Assembly (NCBI RefSeq): GCF_000011465.1
Contig: NC_005072.1
Coordinates: 1,380,001-1,412,000, forward strand
DNA from: Prochlorococcus marinus subsp. pastoris str. CCMP1986
GTDB taxonomy: Bacteria; Cyanobacteriota; Cyanobacteriia; PCC-6307; Cyanobiaceae
Direction of reading: 5' to 3'
Length of the DNA: 32,000 bases
Part shown: piece by piece, positions 29,394 through 32,000 of the stretch
How positions within the stretch are numbered: position 1 is the first letter of the stretch
How the letters are laid out: each line of letters opens with the position of its first letter
Program-made: the position numbers and the translations under genes
Notes under the pieces: model-generated
What the model was told of the DNA's origin: nothing
Databases searched by the model: none
The model's input: only the letters and a program-made list of their open reading frames with translations

Positions 29394-30589
29394 TTCTTTG
29401 ATAGCCTTTTTAATGATTTATCCCCAAACTTGTCTTTTAGGACTCTTAATTTCTTTATAACCTTTTTGGGTTTTATATGCCTTTCTAAAACTTTTAATAA
29501 TTGACTTTCGCATACATTAACATCTAACAAATTTGCATTATTGCCTGGAAACCAATGACTTCCATTACCAAGTAATTGGTATCTAGATTTTGCAAATTCT
29601 TCTAAATCAAAGGAATCTATTAAATTCGCGAGCCAGAGAAGAACCGGAATATTTATTCCTCCTGGTGTATTTTTCCAATTTGGTAAATTTTTATCCCAAC
29701 TTTTATACCATTCTATACCTAATGAATTTATTGATTCCTCTTTTAATCTATTTAGTATTTTAGGAATATAATGATCAGATTCTGACAATAATGAAACTGC
29801 TTCTAAATGTAAATTAAAGTCTTGCTCTTTGGCTATCCCGACACTAATTGTATGAACATATTTATTCCTTAAGCAAAAAAGATCGTTAAATACTATTGGG
29901 TGTAAAGGGCTGCAAAGTTCCAAAATTTTTGTTGATGGAGTGTGAAGATGTCCTCCTTTATCGGTAGGACTTATTATAAAAACTCCAAGATCATATTTAT
30001 GAGCCAACTCAATTAACTTGGAATTCGTTTGATTGATAAAATACCAGTGCAAATTAATATAATCAAATAAATTTGTAGTTATCGCTTTTTCTATAAGAGA
30101 TAATTCTCCATGAGTCGAAAATCCTATATATCCAATTAAATTTTCTTGTTGGAATTTTTTTAAAATATCAATACAGCCTCCATCTTTTACAGCTTGATGA
30201 AGATGTTCAGGTGTATTTATGCCGTGAATTGCTAATAAATCAATTTTCTTTACTTGCAATTTTTCAAAGCTTTTCAAAAGTTCTGCTTCGAATAATTTCG
30301 GATCACGATTAGGAGGGATTTTTGTTTGAATGATTTTTGGTTTTTTTTCAATACTCTTGAAACCCATACCTAACTGTATTTCTGAAGTCCCATAATACTT
30401 AGCTGTCTCTATGTGATTAAAACCAAATTTATTGGCAAGATTCAATATATTTTCAACTTTATTCTGTTCTTTTCGTGAAATCTCTGAAAATTTCAATTCA
30501 TCCCAACTTTTTTGAAATCTCATGCCTCCTAAGGATAAAACAGGCATTTTTAGATTGGTTCTACCAAATCTGCGACAAGGCAACTCCAT
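29390..30589 (-). CDS. Aldo/keto reductase family oxidoreductase with long C-terminal extension
   Basis: AKR N-terminal pattern LGGMRF ... FNHIETAKYYGTSE (catalytic Tyr context), TKI (Lys), LLAIHG (His). 399 aa. ATG start. Confidence 0.85.
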   Translation of the reverse strand: MELPCRRFGRTNLKMPVLSLGGMRFQKSWDELKFSEISRKEQNKVENILNLANKFGFNHIETAKYYGTSEIQLGMGFKSIEKKPKIIQTKIPPNRDPKLFEAELLKSFEKLQVKKIDLLAIHGINTPEHLHQAVKDGGCIDILKKFQQENLIGYIGFSTHGELSLIEKAITTNLFDYINLHWYFINQTNSKLIELAHKYDLGVFIISPTDKGGHLHTPSTKILELCSPLHPIVFNDLFCLRNKYVHTISVGIAKEQDFNLHLEAVSLLSESDHYIPKILNRLKEESINSLGIEWYKSWDKNLPNWKNTPGGINIPVLLWLANLIDSFDLEEFAKSRYQLLGNGSHWFPGNNANLLDVNVCESQLLKVLERHIKPKKVIKKLRVLKDKFGDKSLKRLSKN

Positions 30590-30595
30590 TAGAAA

Positions 30596-30961
30596 TTAAT
30601 GCTTATTCATTCTTGGTAGTTTTCCTAGTGATTGAAACATATCCCTATCAAGACTACTTTCTAGATCTTCTAAGTTTCCAAATTCAACCCAATGAATACA
30701 ATCCACTGGACAAGTATCAATAGCTTCTTGCACCGTTTCAAGATTATCTCCATCTTGTCTTATTGCTCTACTCCGTCCATAATCATCATCAACTACAAAA
30801 GTATTAGTAGCTACATGAGCACAATATCTACAACCTATACATCTACTTTCATCAACCCAAACTGCTTTTTCAGTTAATTCTCCTCCTAGGACAGGCTCAT
30901 AACCTGTTAGTTCTTTAGTTTCAACATAATTATCAAATGCACTTAAGGAATTACTATCCAA
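30596..30961 (-). CDS. Single-cluster bacterial-type [4Fe-4S]/[3Fe-4S] ferredoxin-domain protein
   Basis: CIGCRYC (CxxCxxC) plus distal CPVDC. 121 aa. TTG is the only canonical start. It ends 6 nt upstream of the AKR ATG. Confidence 0.8.
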   Translation of the reverse strand: MDSNSLSAFDNYVETKELTGYEPVLGGELTEKAVWVDESRCIGCRYCAHVATNTFVVDDDYGRSRAIRQDGDNLETVQEAIDTCPVDCIHWVEFGNLEDLESSLDRDMFQSLGKLPRMNKH

Positions 30962-30964
30962 TTA

Positions 30965-31357
30965 TTAACTTTCCCACTTAGTGAGAACCAATTCGATAGA
31001 TCCATCATTTTTGTTTTTTTGTTCAACTATTTGGTATCCGTCCTCTTTTGTTTTAGAAATAATTGTATGGTAAGCATACATTTGAGTAACTTTTGAAATG
31101 AACCTTTCAACCGGTAAATCAAACTTCCAAAGGTCGAGATCAGTAACTAATTCATAAGAGTTAGAGTTATTATCCCATTTGAATCCAACTTTTGTTTCGC
31201 TAGGCAAATCCATGCTTATATCAACAGCTGTAAATTGTCCTCTGTAACCTTTGACAAACTTTTTTTCCTGATTTACTACGTAACCTAGTTGGTCTAAAGC
31301 TTTAATAAGTGGTTTTACTTCCTTAAGTTGAGTTTTGATAGTACTAAAATGTGACAT
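30965..31357 (-). CDS. DUF1257 (Ycf35-like) protein
   Basis: N-terminus MSHFSTIKTQLKEVKPLIKALDQLGY is characteristic of DUF1257/ycf35. 130 aa. Confidence 0.75.
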   Translation of the reverse strand: MSHFSTIKTQLKEVKPLIKALDQLGYVVNQEKKFVKGYRGQFTAVDISMDLPSETKVGFKWDNNSNSYELVTDLDLWKFDLPVERFISKVTQMYAYHTIISKTKEDGYQIVEQKNKNDGSIELVLTKWES

Positions 31358-31559
31358 TAGATTCGTTGTTAATTTGATTTGATTTTTCGCTTTGGTTAGA
31401 GATAAATGCCTCTGAGGTTTTATTCTTGACTTTTACTTCCCCAAGAGCGTCTTCAACATTTTTTGTTGCACTATTACATGCATTGCCGTTGAATCCTTCA
31501 ACAGTTTCTTCAACTCTTCCATCTTGATGAATTTTGAATCTTAATGTTCTTTGAGGCAT
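31344..31559 (-). CDS. DUF2997-like small protein
   Basis: MPQRTLRFKIHQDGRVEETVEGFNGNAC resembles DUF2997, the usual partner of DUF1257. ATG 31559 is preferred to the upstream TTG 31568. The 3' end overlaps the DUF1257 start by 14 nt. Confidence 0.65.
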   Translation of the reverse strand: MPQRTLRFKIHQDGRVEETVEGFNGNACNSATKNVEDALGEVKVKNKTSEAFISNQSEKSNQINNESNVTF

Positions 31560-31677
31560 TAAAATCAAGTACTAAGTACTAATACTTTATACACGATAAC
31601 GAAAAAAATTTGTTTCAGTTGGTACAAGTTAATTAAAATATATTTTTTTATATTGATTACTTAATAAATATAAAACT

Positions 31678-32000
31678 CTATTTATAAAACCCTTTCATCC
31701 CCATTGAATCTAAAGCAGTTTTAGCTTCTTCCATAACTGAAGGTTCTTTATCAAAAAGAGCAATTTTTGTACATTCATCAACAAAACTCTCTTGCGAAAT
31801 TTCATTTAATTTTTCAAACAATCTACATAAAGACCATATACAGTTACTTCTTACCACGGGCTCATTATCTATTTTTAAGCTAATTAATAATTGTTCAGCC
31901 GCTAATTGAGCGTTAAAGGATGAAGTACTTCCAATTTCCGCTAGAGAACTAGATGACCATAATCTTACTGAAGCCACATCATTTTTCAATGAGTTTATTA
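31678..32000 (-). CDS. HEAT-repeat-like protein, 5' end outside the window
   Basis: The reading frame stays open past the track's TTG (31989) to the window edge. It contains repeated helical ...VR...A/S.SL..IG/L... units reminiscent of PBS-lyase HEAT repeats. Identity is tentative. Confidence 0.45.
   Translation of the reverse strand, partial: INSLKNDVASVRLWSSSSLAEIGSTSSFNAQLAAEQLLISLKIDNEPVVRSNCIWSLCRLFEKLNEISQESFVDECTKIALFDKEPSVMEEAKTALDSMGMKGFYK

Noticed and set aside
31568-31586. AGTACTA-AGTACTA-ATACT tandem repeat upstream of the DUF2997 gene, reminiscent of the cyanobacterial LexA box (RGTAC-N3-DGTWCB).
   Set aside because: Aligning it on both strands shows the two GTAC cores are one nucleotide too close (GTAC-N3-GTAC rather than GTAC-N4-GTWC), so it does not fit the consensus. 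It is kept only as a short tandem repeat in a leader/promoter.

Overview
This window looks like a streamlined, visibly very AT-rich marine picocyanobacterial core-genome segment. Gene content, order and protein sequences fit a high-light-clade Prochlorococcus marinus, but that is an inference I did not confirm by any search. It is almost wall-to-wall housekeeping genes, about 38 CDS. In order they are: a CNNM/CBS membrane protein, a DUF697 GTPase, nadD and nadE; the cyanobacterial atp1 operon (I-a-c-b'-b-delta-alpha-gamma) followed without a break by a 2Fe-2S ferredoxin, a 69-aa ORF and a DUF3326 protein; ftsW, ccdA, ccs1; queF; a small ORF plus glnB (PII); tlyA; purB, fumC; a Ski2-like DECH helicase; a biotin operon bioF-bioK-bioC-bioD-bioA; a J-domain protein with a DUF3143-like ORF; rsmG; and a minus-strand cluster of DUF2997, DUF1257 (ycf35-like), a 4Fe-4S ferredoxin and an aldo/keto reductase, then a partial HEAT-repeat gene. 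I found no rRNA, tRNA, CRISPR array, transposase, integrase or obvious horizontally acquired island. Nothing here convincingly reads as a new defence or mobile system. The best candidates for uncharacterised biology are two tightly coupled redox-flavoured modules built around domains of unknown function: ferredoxin/69-aa/DUF3326 fused to the atp operon, and DUF2997/DUF1257/Fer4/AKR. Also of interest are an NtcA-like box driving a small ORF in front of glnB, and several RNA-level oddities in the few sizeable spacers. Architecture is notable: all six convergent gene junctions have 11 nt or less of spacer (two share a palindromic TTAA double stop), and 7 of about 38 genes appear to use TTG or GTG starts.
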